Assembly: GCA_041662625.1 (NCBI GenBank) | Contig: JBAZSB010000001.1 | Coordinates: forward strand, 118,467-182,466 | Direction: 5' to 3' | Length of the DNA: 64,000 bases | Source: Patescibacteria group bacterium | Lineage (GTDB): Bacteria; Patescibacteriota; Patescibacteriia; Buchananbacterales; UBA6539 | Shown: positions 39,584-49,684 of the stretch, in pieces | How positions within the stretch are numbered: the first letter of the stretch is position 1 | Layout of the letters: the number at the start of each line of letters is the position of its first letter | Made by a program: the position numbers and the translations under genes | Notes under the pieces: generated by a model | Database searches by the model: none | What the model saw: only the letters and a program-made list of their open reading frames with translations | Told to the model about the DNA's origin: nothing

Positions 39584-39730
39584 ATTTGAATTTCGAATTT
39601 TTAATTTTGAATCAATTTTTAATATTCGAATATTATAATATTGAATTGAAATTCGACCATTCGACTCCGCTCAGGTCGCCTCGAGCAAGCGAAGCGAGTC
39701 GAGAGGCGAAATTAAAAATTTAAAATTTTA
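39584..39730. repeat. AT-rich palindromic element with REP-like insert
   Basis: Reverse complement of 32503-32645. Confidence 0.85.
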
Positions 39731-40262
39731 AAATATATTGCCAGCCTGGTTGCCAGGCTTTTTTGTTTCGCCAGTCTTGGGCAATCGCTTGTGCCCAAGT
39801 TTTTTTATTTAGGATAACTTCCAAGGCCAGTTGCGGCGCTTGGTGAGCGACTAAAGCAATATTTTTGCCGTCGTAATTTTCTTTAAGAAAATTTAAGAAA
39901 CCAGTAATTCGTTTTTCAACATCTGAATAACTTTCGCCATTAGGAAATGGTTTGTCAACATAAGCGACCAAGTTATTTTTAAAGTCATCAGGCTTTTGGG
40001 TAAAATCGCCGTAGTTAATTTCTCTTAGTCTTTTGTCAGAAATGATTTTATGTTTAGCACCAAAAGCCAGCTGAGCTGAATCAACAGCTCTTTTTAGATC
40101 AGAACAAAATATGGCGTCGAAGTTTTTGGGCGTGACCAATTGGCCCAATTCTTTCATCTGGCTTTTACCCAGTTCGGATAATTCCCCGTCCTGCCAGCCA
40201 GTAGCCAAACCCTTCTCGTTATCAGTAGTGGTGCCGTGGACAAAGTAAGTAATTTTAATCAT
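39720..40262 (-). CDS. Histidine phosphatase family protein
   Basis: VHG (RHG variant), SDLKRA, LREINYG, PNGES, VAH. Confidence 0.85.
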   Translation of the reverse strand: MIKITYFVHGTTTDNEKGLATGWQDGELSELGKSQMKELGQLVTPKNFDAIFCSDLKRAVDSAQLAFGAKHKIISDKRLREINYGDFTQKPDDFKNNLVAYVDKPFPNGESYSDVEKRITGFLNFLKENYDGKNIALVAHQAPQLALEVILNKKTWAQAIAQDWRNKKAWQPGWQYILKF

Positions 40263-41745
40263 GGATATTTAATATTGTTGAGACTAGCATAATATAGCTG
40301 ATCCCTAATGGGTGGTTAAGATAAGGTGAAAATATGTTGGTGATGCAAAGGGCAGTCAGGCCAAGGAGTAGGCCAGGAAATAGAAGGTAGGAATTAGGAA
40401 GTAGGTCGATATTCTTGATTCTTGATTCTTGATTCTTGATTCTTTTTAGCCCTTGATAAAATATCATCCCAATTAAGGCCAGATAAATTAACAATCCCAC
40501 CAACCCGAGCTTTAGAACAATATCCAAATATCCCCATTCAAAAGCATAGGTGGTATAAATACCGCCGGGGTGAGTTTTTAAAATCCGGGGGTCATTACTT
40601 TGATAAGTTAATTCTTTGCCAAAACCATAGCCGAATAAAGCCTGCTGGCCGATATTATAAAGTAATGGCTGAAGCTGGTTTAAGCGGCTGATGCCAGCAG
40701 CTTCACCTTGGAGATTTCCGAACCGATCCGCAATAACATTACCGGCAAAGTTGCCGCTGACCAGCTGGATTAGAAATACTTGGGAGGCAAAGGTTACTGC
40801 CAAAATAATTATTAATAAAGCGGTTTTTTTGATTCTAAAGTTAAATTTCCACCAGCTAAAAATTAAAAGTCCAAAGATGGCGACTGCTCCCCCAACCCAA
40901 AAACTGCGCGATTGGCTGATAATTATTGTTAAGCTAATCAGGTAAAGATAAATGGCGGGCAAAAGATACTTTTTCCATTCCTTAAGTCGGGAGTTAGCAA
41001 TTAAAATCGTCAGGACAATCAGAAAGCCGATTAGGCAATAAAGCTGGGATTGGAAAAAAATGCGAAACATGGTGCCGGAAATGTAAGTGATTTCCCCTAC
41101 TCCGCTGTCGCGCAGCCATTTGTAAAAAAAACCGCCAATGCCGGCGAAATTATGGGAGAATAAAAAAAGCACGCTGATTGTTTTTAATGCCAAATAGGTT
41201 GTGGCGCCGGTTAAAACCTGCAAAATGTTTTCAATTGTTTGTTTATTATTGATGACATTAAAAAAGACAAAAATTAAAGCAAAATAAAGCCAAGCATTGG
41301 CGTCGAAGAAGACGTTGGCGGGTTGATTATGACTAAAGCCATTAATAGCACCAAGCAAGATGGTGATAAAGAGCAAGGAGTAAAGAATCAAGGGGTTAGA
41401 ATTAAGAATTAAGGAAAGGCTACCCTTAACTCTTAATTCCTTATTCTTAATTCTAGTAAACAGCCAGACTACCAAAAGCACCAAAAATAATCCCATTCTG
41501 ATTGACACCGTAATGCCACCTAAATTCAGGTCAAACAAATGGCCATGGCCGCCGACAAAAAGTTCTGCCAGTAAAGCATAAAAGCCATATTCTAGTTTTA
41601 TTATCGAAAGAATCAAAACGGCACCTAAAATAACAAAAAAAGCCACCGGTCCAAGTGGCGATAAAAGATAAGCTATTAAAGAAAAAAGTTCAGTAAAAAT
41701 TAAAAGTAAGATTGTGAGTGATGATAGCTTGCTGAAGAGATTCAT
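40255..41745 (-). CDS. O-antigen ligase/polymerase-like membrane protein
   Basis: Multi-TM, SQSRSFW, FGYGFG. Confidence 0.75.
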   Translation of the reverse strand: MNLFSKLSSLTILLLIFTELFSLIAYLLSPLGPVAFFVILGAVLILSIIKLEYGFYALLAELFVGGHGHLFDLNLGGITVSIRMGLFLVLLVVWLFTRIKNKELRVKGSLSLILNSNPLILYSLLFITILLGAINGFSHNQPANVFFDANAWLYFALIFVFFNVINNKQTIENILQVLTGATTYLALKTISVLFLFSHNFAGIGGFFYKWLRDSGVGEITYISGTMFRIFFQSQLYCLIGFLIVLTILIANSRLKEWKKYLLPAIYLYLISLTIIISQSRSFWVGGAVAIFGLLIFSWWKFNFRIKKTALLIIILAVTFASQVFLIQLVSGNFAGNVIADRFGNLQGEAAGISRLNQLQPLLYNIGQQALFGYGFGKELTYQSNDPRILKTHPGGIYTTYAFEWGYLDIVLKLGLVGLLIYLALIGMIFYQGLKRIKNQESRIKNIDLLPNSYLLFPGLLLGLTALCITNIFSPYLNHPLGISYIMLVSTILNIHD

Positions 41746-41840
41746 GGCTTTATTTTAGCCTAAAATAGTCAGGAAAACAAGGAATGAAAAAACGCCAGCC
41801 GATCCCAAGTGGAATCAGTGGCGTTGACGGTAAGTTTTCT

Positions 41841-42224
41841 TCAGCCAAAGATGGCTTTGAAGGCAGCCGGAATATCTAGCAACCGTAAACCATCTTCTCC
41901 TTTCCGGAATCTTTTTTCCTCATCTTCGGTGATTGGACTTGCCTTCTTTTGTCTTTTGCTTAATCCCGGATCAAGCTTTGGAGTTGCCTCCGCTTCCCGA
42001 GACGAAGGTTGAGTATTGGGTAGTACCGCGTTAGCGATAACACCCATCACTGCTCGAAAAATCTCTCCTCGAGCACTCTCTGCATCTTTCCCCAATTCTC
42101 GAGGATCAACCATGGCACAACCCTTAAAATTCACCAGGGGTTGGCCGCATTGACAATGGGTAATCTCAAGAACATCTCGAGGTTCTTGTCCTTCCGCTCC
42201 ACATCTTGGGCAAGATATCCTCAT
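41841..42224 (-). CDS. Orphan zinc-ribbon protein (CPRCG...CQCG)
   Basis: GGTGAGG SD before MRISC; own terminator 41787-41826. Confidence 0.65.
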   Translation of the reverse strand: MRISCPRCGAEGQEPRDVLEITHCQCGQPLVNFKGCAMVDPRELGKDAESARGEIFRAVMGVIANAVLPNTQPSSREAEATPKLDPGLSKRQKKASPITEDEEKRFRKGEDGLRLLDIPAAFKAIFG

Positions 42225-42457
42225 AGTAACCTCACCTTTCTTGCTTGGTTTGTACCTTTTGTTCCTTTCTGTTTGTACCCCCATTATCGCCTTGTCATAT
42301 TTAGTTAAAAAAGTCAATAATTGACCAATAAAAAATACAGCCCCAACTTCAGCTGTCTTCTCCACCGAGGGCGGAAAAAACTGCCAAAGAAGGGGCTGGG
42401 TAATGCTTACTGCAATGCCGGTTCAAACCGGTGACTCACGCGACGAGCTGTCGTGCG

Positions 42458-42955
42458 TTAAGCCACGGTAAGGACCGGCGCCGGCGCATACCCGATGATC
42501 AGGCTTGATCCCGGTGCCGGACTGGCGACGAGCGAACTCCCAACGAAAGAACTTCCGATATCTGCGTACGCGGCTTCGACGACGGCGAAATGGTACGCAT
42601 CGGGGTGTGTGGCCGGGACTACGACAGCGGCCATGGTTCTCGTGCCGGCGATGTATGACACATCGCCGGTTCTCATCAACTCAACGTCCACGCGGTTCGC
42701 CGTAATATTGGCTGTGCTCTTCGAAAGGGCCGTGCTCGTCCCAATGTCTACATCGGGCCGGGCGGAAATCGTCAACAGGTAATCGCCAGCGGTCGCAGCG
42801 TACGTTTCGGGCGTGACCGTCAACAGGGGGGTAATCGCGGCAGGCTGTACCACGAGGGCTTCGATCGCAGCGTTCGGCGCGGTCTTCGCGGAAGCCGGGG
42901 TGGCCAGGACGAGCATAATCGTAAACGCAATCAACAGCACGGTACATCGTTTCAT
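42458..42955 (-). CDS. Orphan secreted Ala/Thr-rich protein
   Basis: Signal peptide MKRCTVLLIAF...ASA; GAGG SD; GC-rich. Confidence 0.65.
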   Translation of the reverse strand: MKRCTVLLIAFTIMLVLATPASAKTAPNAAIEALVVQPAAITPLLTVTPETYAATAGDYLLTISARPDVDIGTSTALSKSTANITANRVDVELMRTGDVSYIAGTRTMAAVVVPATHPDAYHFAVVEAAYADIGSSFVGSSLVASPAPGSSLIIGYAPAPVLTVA

Positions 42956-43396
42956 AGGGACCTCTCTTTCTGATTCGCGTTCCATCTAAGGGACGCAGTC
43001 CTTGTCAACTTCGTTCCGTTTTTGACGCTTGGTGCCAATCTGCCGTTGGCGTTTCTCCTCCTTTCGATCTAGCTTCTTTATCCGAAGCGGATTGGGCTTC
43101 AGTAAGAAGCTAGGGTTGCCAATCTTGGATCAGCCTCCTTTCTCCAGGGCCGCGCTGGTAACACAAGCGGCTGTCACGGCATTCTTCGTAGCCATGATTT
43201 GGAGAACCTCCAGGTACTGTAGAAGCGGCGACATTGCCGCCACAGGTTGGTTGTATACTAACCTATTTTTACCAAAAAGTCAATTTTTGGGGAATTTTTA
43301 GCTAAATTTATTTAAAATAAAAAGTCCCAGCGGTTTTGTGGCACTGGGTGATTCTAATTGGTTATTTTTTAAGTGTAGGAATTATGGTTTCCTGAT

Positions 43397-44185
43397 TCAG
43401 TTTTTACCAAAACCATGTTTACTAAAATAATACCAGGCGCTTTTGAAAAAAGTTATTTGGTTTTTCCAGGGCACTTCTTTTTTGAAGCTTTGGCCGCCAT
43501 AATGGATGATTTCAGTTTCGGGATTATACCAAACTTGCCAGCCCGCCGATTTGGCGCGTTTACATAAGTCGACTTCCTCAAACCAAGTGAAGAAATTTTC
43601 ATCAAACATGCCAATTTCATCAATCAGTTGGCGCCGGATCATAAAAAAACTGCCCGCCACTTGATCAACCGGCTGGGCGATTTTGTAATCAAAATCTTTG
43701 GCTAAATAATTATAAACCGGCGGGATGTTTGGAATAATTTTGGCAATTTTGGTGAAGATAAAAAACAGGGCAAAAAAATTGGGAAAGCGCCGAACCGAAG
43801 GCTGCAAAGTCCAATCCGGGTTAAGATGCTTGCAGCCGGCAATGCCAATCTGGGGATTTCTTTTCATAAAGTCAACCATTTTTTGCAAAGCATCTTTAAT
43901 GATTTTAGTATCCGGATTTAAAGCCAAAATAAACTGGCCTTGGCTTTTCAAAATCCCCTGGTTGTTGGCTGTAGCAAAACCTAAATTATTGGAATTAGGA
44001 ATCAGTTTAACCTGGGTGAATTCTTTTTTTATCATTTCCACTGTCCCATCATTTGAGGCATTATCAGCAACAATTATTTCGAATTCCAATTTGCCCTGAT
44101 GCTTAAAAATAGACAGCAGGCATTCCTTCAGCAGTTTTTTGACATTCCAAGAAACAATGATGATGGATAGGTCGGTCGTGGACAT
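43397..44185 (-). CDS. Glycosyltransferase family 2
   Basis: DNASNDGT, NLGFATANNQG, FDENFF..EEVDLC. Confidence 0.92.
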   Translation of the reverse strand: MSTTDLSIIIVSWNVKKLLKECLLSIFKHQGKLEFEIIVADNASNDGTVEMIKKEFTQVKLIPNSNNLGFATANNQGILKSQGQFILALNPDTKIIKDALQKMVDFMKRNPQIGIAGCKHLNPDWTLQPSVRRFPNFFALFFIFTKIAKIIPNIPPVYNYLAKDFDYKIAQPVDQVAGSFFMIRRQLIDEIGMFDENFFTWFEEVDLCKRAKSAGWQVWYNPETEIIHYGGQSFKKEVPWKNQITFFKSAWYYFSKHGFGKN

Positions 44186-44269
44186 TTTAGGAATTAGGAA
44201 TTAGGAATTAGGAATTAGGGTTTTGATATGCTTCCCTAATTCATAATTCTTAATTTATGATTCTTGATT

Positions 44270-44947
44270 TTAATAAACCTCTTCTCGCCCAATCTCCCGC
44301 CACTCCCCTTCCTTTAAGTCCCCTAATTCCAATTTACCGATTCTGATTCTTTTTAATTTTACCACGTTATAGCCCAGCCTGCCCAGCATTCGTCTGATTT
44401 GGCGGTTGATTCCTTCATGTAAAATTATTTTGGCCGATTTATTTTTGCTCATTATCACTTTAATCGGCTGCAATTTTTTGCCGCTAATCATCATTCCCCT
44501 CTCTAATTTTTTTATATCTTCTGGCCTTAAGTCTTGATCCAAAACAACGAAGTATTCTTTGCTTGACTGGTAGCGGGGGTGAGTAATTTGGTTGGCAAAT
44601 TCGCCGTCATTAGTCAAAAGAATCAAGCCGCTTGAGTCTTTATCGAGTCGGCCGACCGGGTAAAGTCGCTGTTTTGATTTAACCAAATCTAAGATTGATT
44701 TACCCTGGGTTCGGTCGGTGCTGCAGATATAGCCAGTCGGTTTATTAAGGGCAATATAGATCCTCAGTGGTTTTACCTTCAGGATTTTTCCTTTAAACTC
44801 CACGGTGTCGAGCTTTTCATCGACTTTAGTTCCTAGCTCGGTTGTGATTTTGCCGTTTACCTTGATTTGGCCCGCCTCGATCAGTTTTTCCGCCTGGCGG
44901 CGTGAAGTAATTCCGGCAGCCGCTAAAAATTTTTGCAGCCTCATCAT
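44270..44947 (-). CDS. RsuA/RluB/RluF-family pseudouridine synthase
   Basis: S4 domain; VGRLDKDSSGL; RQIRRM. Confidence 0.93.
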   Translation of the reverse strand: MMRLQKFLAAAGITSRRQAEKLIEAGQIKVNGKITTELGTKVDEKLDTVEFKGKILKVKPLRIYIALNKPTGYICSTDRTQGKSILDLVKSKQRLYPVGRLDKDSSGLILLTNDGEFANQITHPRYQSSKEYFVVLDQDLRPEDIKKLERGMMISGKKLQPIKVIMSKNKSAKIILHEGINRQIRRMLGRLGYNVVKLKRIRIGKLELGDLKEGEWREIGREEVY

Positions 44948-45393
44948 AATTTTATTTTATTCCATTTTACGTAGTTGCTAAGTAGCTGGCGCAGGGCAGG
45001 GTGAAATAATTTTTTAATATTTTTTGGAGTCAGCTTTATCCATTTAAACTCAGTATGCTCGTCAGAAATTTTAATTTGGCCCGCAAGATGTTTAGCTTCA
45101 AATAAAATATAAAGTCGTTCATGCTCAAAACTATAACGATATTTTGCCAGTGATACCGGATCAAGTCGCAATTTGTATTTAATTGGTCCGCACTCTTCCC
45201 TGATTTCTCGGCGGATAATTTTTTGAAAATCAGTATTGATTTCGTCAAAATCAATCGTGCCGCCCGGTAGATCATACCTGCCGCAAAAATATTTGCTTTT
45301 GGAAAGTGATTTTAAAATTAAAAATCTGTTATGTTTGTCCCAAATAGCAGCTTTTACCGAAATATAAAACAAAGCTCGTTTTTTTAGATTCAT
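44944..45393 (-). CDS. NUDIX hydrolase
   Basis: LPGG...REIREECG; SDEH. Confidence 0.82.
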   Translation of the reverse strand: MNLKKRALFYISVKAAIWDKHNRFLILKSLSKSKYFCGRYDLPGGTIDFDEINTDFQKIIRREIREECGPIKYKLRLDPVSLAKYRYSFEHERLYILFEAKHLAGQIKISDEHTEFKWIKLTPKNIKKLFHPALRQLLSNYVKWNKIKL

Positions 45394-46067
45394 AAATTAT
45401 GTTTTTCTTTAATAATTTTTTCCGCCTCTTTGTATTGCCTGACTTTTTTTAGCCAAGGTAATTTATAGGCAACGCTGGGTAGCCAATTGCTCATCGTGCC
45501 GCCAGGTTTGACCGTAAATAAAACTTGGTTGATAAAAAGTCCTTTATGCCCCCGCTTTAGCATCGTCAGCCATAAATCCCAGTCCTGGAACCTTTTTAAT
45601 TTTTTATCAAAACCGGGGAAATGTTTTTGCCTAATCAAAGAAGTGGTATGGATATAAGGCATTGTTTTTAATCGTTTGGGATCAAAGGGCCAAAGCTTGA
45701 AAGTCTTGCGGCCAAATTTAAATGATGAATAAACGTATGAGGCACCCTGTTTTTTCCGGAGAGCTTTAGTCATTATCTCAAGCATTTTTGGGGTCATCAC
45801 GATATCGGCATCACAAAAAATTAGAAATTGGCCCCGGCTGATTTTGGCTCCGGCGTTTCTGGCCCCACCCGCCCCTTGGTTTGGCTGATTGACAATAGTA
45901 ATCTGCCTTTGGTATTTTTGCAGAATTTTTAAGCTGTTATCCGTGCTGCCATCATTAACAGCGATAACTTCGAAACTTCTGAAGGTTTGGCTAAAAACGC
46001 TGGCTAAACATTTTTCCAGCGTCTTTTGGGCATTATAAACAGGGATGATGATGCTGATTTGGGGCAT
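45390..46067 (-). CDS. Glycosyltransferase family 2
   Basis: IIPVYN, VNDGSTD, DAD, QDWDLWL. Confidence 0.92.
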   Translation of the reverse strand: MPQISIIIPVYNAQKTLEKCLASVFSQTFRSFEVIAVNDGSTDNSLKILQKYQRQITIVNQPNQGAGGARNAGAKISRGQFLIFCDADIVMTPKMLEIMTKALRKKQGASYVYSSFKFGRKTFKLWPFDPKRLKTMPYIHTTSLIRQKHFPGFDKKLKRFQDWDLWLTMLKRGHKGLFINQVLFTVKPGGTMSNWLPSVAYKLPWLKKVRQYKEAEKIIKEKHNL

Positions 46068-46074
46068 AATTTTT

Positions 46075-46162
46075 AAATTCGAATTTTGAATTTTGAATCA
46101 ATTTTGAATATTCAAATATTATAATATTGAATCAAAATTCGAAATTAAAAATTCAAAATTAT
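46075..46162. repeat. AT-rich palindromic element, empty form
   Basis: Same as the 39584 element without the 53-bp insert. Confidence 0.8.
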
Positions 46163-47424
46163 TTTAAAATTGCTTTAATCCTCTCTGTCTGGCTATGCCA
46201 GTCAAATTCTTCCTCAACTCTTTGCAGCCCTTGGAGACCCAATCTTTCCGCATAGGCTTGGTCGGTCAGTAATTTGATAGCGGCCTGGGCAATTTCTTCG
46301 GTATCAGTGGGATTAACTAGAATTCCTGTTTGGCCATCGAGCACAGCTTCAGGTACTCCCCCGCTTTTGCCGCCGATTACCGGTTTGCCAAATAAATTGG
46401 CTTCTAAATAAACAATGCCAAAACCTTCAACGTCGCCATTAGGCAGTCGGCGAGCGGGCATAATGAAGACATCACCGATTTGATAAAACGAAGCTAAATC
46501 ATTTTGCGTCACTGACCCGACAAATTTGACATAATCACCTAAATTATTTTGGTTGACTAGCTCTTCCAATTTTTTCCGGTTGGGGCCACCACCGACAATC
46601 AAATAAACTACATTGGGCACAGCTTTGATTATTTTAGGCAAAGCTTTGATCACCATATCATGGCCTTTTCTTTCAACCAGGCGGCCGACGGTCAAAAGAA
46701 TTTTTTTACCTTTTAGCTCATGTTCCTCGGTGATTTCGGCCATCTTCCATTCTGAAGCCTGTTCAGTTTTTAGATTAGGACCAGGATGAACAACAATCAC
46801 TTTTTCTTTTTCGGCTCCCAGCTTAATTAGTTCATCTTTAGTCCAGTAACTATTAGCAACGATATTTTGGGCATTAGCAATAATTTTCTTGAGCAAAGTT
46901 TTTTTGCGCATGAATTTTTGGGGCAAGGTAATATCCAGGCCATGTGCATAAACAATGTAAGGAATATTTTTTCTTTTTTTGTAAATCAATGCCAGCGTGC
47001 CCAAAGGTAAAATTTGGCCCACCTGGATCAATTCAATCTGATGATTTTTTATTGTTTGCGCTAAATGTTTAATAATCGAAAGCCAACGGATTGTCGCGGT
47101 AATTTTAATAATTCCGCAGATTCCTTTAGGGAAAGTCTCGGGGAAGCGATTGAGGAGTTTTTTGCGAATGATAGTAAAGTCTTGTTTTTGGTCAAAGCCT
47201 TCTGTCCCGATTTCCACCGGCGGTAAGACTACAGTTTTATCGCGAATGATAGTAAAATTTTGTTTTTGGTCAAAGCCTTCTGCTCCGATTTGCTCCGGCG
47301 CTAGTACCACAATTTTATTTGGGGGCAAATTTTTACAAACATTATAATAAAAGGTAGCCACGCCACCAAGACGGGGTGGAAAATCCAGAGTAACAAGCAG
47401 GGTTTTTTTAATGTCGGAAGACAT
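46159..47424 (-). CDS. Glycosyltransferase family 4 (GT-B) with internal 26-aa duplication
   Basis: DFPPRLGG, GRLVERKG, EGFGIVYLEA. Confidence 0.93.
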   Translation of the reverse strand: MSSDIKKTLLVTLDFPPRLGGVATFYYNVCKNLPPNKIVVLAPEQIGAEGFDQKQNFTIIRDKTVVLPPVEIGTEGFDQKQDFTIIRKKLLNRFPETFPKGICGIIKITATIRWLSIIKHLAQTIKNHQIELIQVGQILPLGTLALIYKKRKNIPYIVYAHGLDITLPQKFMRKKTLLKKIIANAQNIVANSYWTKDELIKLGAEKEKVIVVHPGPNLKTEQASEWKMAEITEEHELKGKKILLTVGRLVERKGHDMVIKALPKIIKAVPNVVYLIVGGGPNRKKLEELVNQNNLGDYVKFVGSVTQNDLASFYQIGDVFIMPARRLPNGDVEGFGIVYLEANLFGKPVIGGKSGGVPEAVLDGQTGILVNPTDTEEIAQAAIKLLTDQAYAERLGLQGLQRVEEEFDWHSQTERIKAILK

Positions 47425-47457
47425 AGTAAAATTAAAAATTCGAATTTAGTAATGAAA

Positions 47458-48891
47458 TTATTTGATTCCTTTCCTGACCATTTCTTTCACTTCGATAACA
47501 GTAAAACCCTTAAACAAAAATAAACTGAAAAAATAAATCACTATGCCAAAAGGCACTAAAAACGCCAGGTGCAGGTATGGTCTAACCAGATAAATTGCTA
47601 TTATCATTATAATACTGGCACTTAATGATTTGAATACCACTTTGAATAAGACCGGCCAATCTAAGGGAATAATTTTTCTGACCCAGAAAAAATCCAAAAA
47701 AAGCAAAATGAAGTTGGTGATAAAAAAAGTAATGCCGGTCCCAAAAAAGCTTAATTTGGGGATTAAAATTATGTTTAAGATTACGGCTAAAGCCGTTATC
47801 AGGCCGCGGTTAAGAGTAGTATTTCTTTGCCGGTCACAAGAATTAAGCAGATAGCCGGTGGGAAAAGCCAAAAAGATGAAAGGAATGGCCAGACTCATGG
47901 CATAAAAAGTTGGAATAACTCTAGCGTAAGAGGGCCAAACCGAATTGATAATTTGGGGTGCTAAAATAATTAAGCCTGCCGTAATCGGTAACGAGACAAT
48001 TGTTAAATAAGCAAAAGCTTTGTCAAAGGTTTTAGCCAAAAGCTCTTTAGAATTGGCGTAGTAAAAACTAAAAGCGGGAAAAATGACAGCGGCAAACGCT
48101 GCCGGAATAATTTGCTGTAAGGCATAAACAACTTTAGCGGGGACGGCAAAAAAGCCAACAGCAGCATCTGAATCTAGATAACCCAAAAGGACTGAATCTG
48201 AAGTATTATAAATTTTGACAAAAATTCCGGCCAAAGCAAAAGCTGGGACAATTTTTAAAAAGTATTTGACAATTTCTGGATCATACTGGGGAGCCAGAGA
48301 AAATTTAAGTTTAAATTTTAAAAGGCTTAAAGACAGCAAAAAATTAAAAATGCTGGCAACCAGCAAGGCCAGCATCAAGTATTTGACATTATGAGTGGTA
48401 AATAATGCAATAATTCCCAAAGTGAAAATAATGATTTGGACCAAAATCGTAGCGATACTTTCATATTTCATGATTTGTCTAGCTCGGAAAATCACCCAAA
48501 AACTTAGCGAGAAAGAATCTAAAAGCATGATTACGCTTGCCAAATAAACCAAGATCCGGACGTTTTCGGGTTTACCCGTGACATTAATAACTACCCAGGC
48601 AACGATCATAGTGATAGCAGCAAGTGGAATTTTCAAACCTAAAATGTTTTTCAAATAAATATTAGCCTGTTCTTTGCTTTTGGCCGCTTCTCTGGTGAGG
48701 ACTGGCGATAAGCCCAAATCAATGAAGATGGAAAACATGGTGGTAAAAGAAAGAGCAAAAATATACTGGCCTAATTGGTTGGGAAATAAATTGTTAGAAA
48801 TGAACCAAAAATAAATAAAAGCCAGAATTTTCTGGAGAGTGAGTGCGGCAGTATAATAAGTTGTATTTTTAGTCAAACTTGGATTAGACAT
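47458..48891 (-). CDS. Wzx-type polysaccharide flippase
   Basis: Many TMs; DLGLSPVLTRE. Confidence 0.88.
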   Translation of the reverse strand: MSNPSLTKNTTYYTAALTLQKILAFIYFWFISNNLFPNQLGQYIFALSFTTMFSIFIDLGLSPVLTREAAKSKEQANIYLKNILGLKIPLAAITMIVAWVVINVTGKPENVRILVYLASVIMLLDSFSLSFWVIFRARQIMKYESIATILVQIIIFTLGIIALFTTHNVKYLMLALLVASIFNFLLSLSLLKFKLKFSLAPQYDPEIVKYFLKIVPAFALAGIFVKIYNTSDSVLLGYLDSDAAVGFFAVPAKVVYALQQIIPAAFAAVIFPAFSFYYANSKELLAKTFDKAFAYLTIVSLPITAGLIILAPQIINSVWPSYARVIPTFYAMSLAIPFIFLAFPTGYLLNSCDRQRNTTLNRGLITALAVILNIILIPKLSFFGTGITFFITNFILLFLDFFWVRKIIPLDWPVLFKVVFKSLSASIIMIIAIYLVRPYLHLAFLVPFGIVIYFFSLFLFKGFTVIEVKEMVRKGIK

Positions 48892-49008
48892 GCCTTAATT
48901 TTGCCATTTTTTTGCTTTTTAGTCAAAACAAAAAAGATCAGGCTCAGCACCTGCATCCAAGTAATCAAAAAGACGGTCTGATATTAGACCAGTCTTAATG
49001 GTTTTATT

Positions 49009-49257
49009 TCAACTAATTCCCAATACCTGTGAGAGTTTTTGTTGGTCAAAGCCAACAATCATTTCTTCTTGACCATCTTTTTCGACAATAATAACCGGGG
49101 TTCCCATTTGACCTGATTTTTTGATCATTATTTCGGCCTCATCAGGATTAGCTAAAACATCAATATCTTGGTATTCAATCTTATTTTCATCTAAAAACCT
49201 CTTTGCCATTTTACAATAAGGACAAGTCGGCAGAGAATAAATTGTAACTTTTGTCAT
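49009..49257 (-). CDS. Glutaredoxin/NrdH-like redoxin
   Basis: CPYC; GQMGTPV; GFD. Confidence 0.9.
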   Translation of the reverse strand: MTKVTIYSLPTCPYCKMAKRFLDENKIEYQDIDVLANPDEAEIMIKKSGQMGTPVIIVEKDGQEEMIVGFDQQKLSQVLGIS

Positions 49258-49270
49258 AATTTAAAAGTGA

Positions 49271-49603
49271 TTATTTTTTCAGACCAAAAAAGGCAAAAAA
49301 GCCGTAAAAGAATATTAAGGGCGGGGCAAAAACACCTAAAATTCCGATCAACCCGAGCCAGCCCATCTTCCAGACATCTTTAGGTTCACCTTTATTGATA
49401 TACGTTAGAACGTTATAAATTACCGAGACAGCAAAGATTAAAGTCAGCATCAGAGCAGTAATAAACAAGACCGCCTCCTCAATCCTGAAAATAGCATAAA
49501 TAAAATTGTGAATAACTACGACGATAAGTGTGGCCGCCGCTAGCCAAAACGGCAAAAGGGTCGCCGGTTCCAAAAAAGTCTTTTTTTTCATGAAGTTTTT
49601 CAT
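49271..49603 (-). CDS. Hypothetical membrane protein
   Basis: Hydrophobic 110-aa ORF. Confidence 0.65.
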   Translation of the reverse strand: MKNFMKKKTFLEPATLLPFWLAAATLIVVVIHNFIYAIFRIEEAVLFITALMLTLIFAVSVIYNVLTYINKGEPKDVWKMGWLGLIGILGVFAPPLIFFYGFFAFFGLKK

Positions 49604-49684
49604 AAAGCCTCCTTTTAATATTTAAGTAACCTACTTTAATCCTCTCATTTATTTAACTTTATGTCAAAGCCGGCTGGTTGATTT

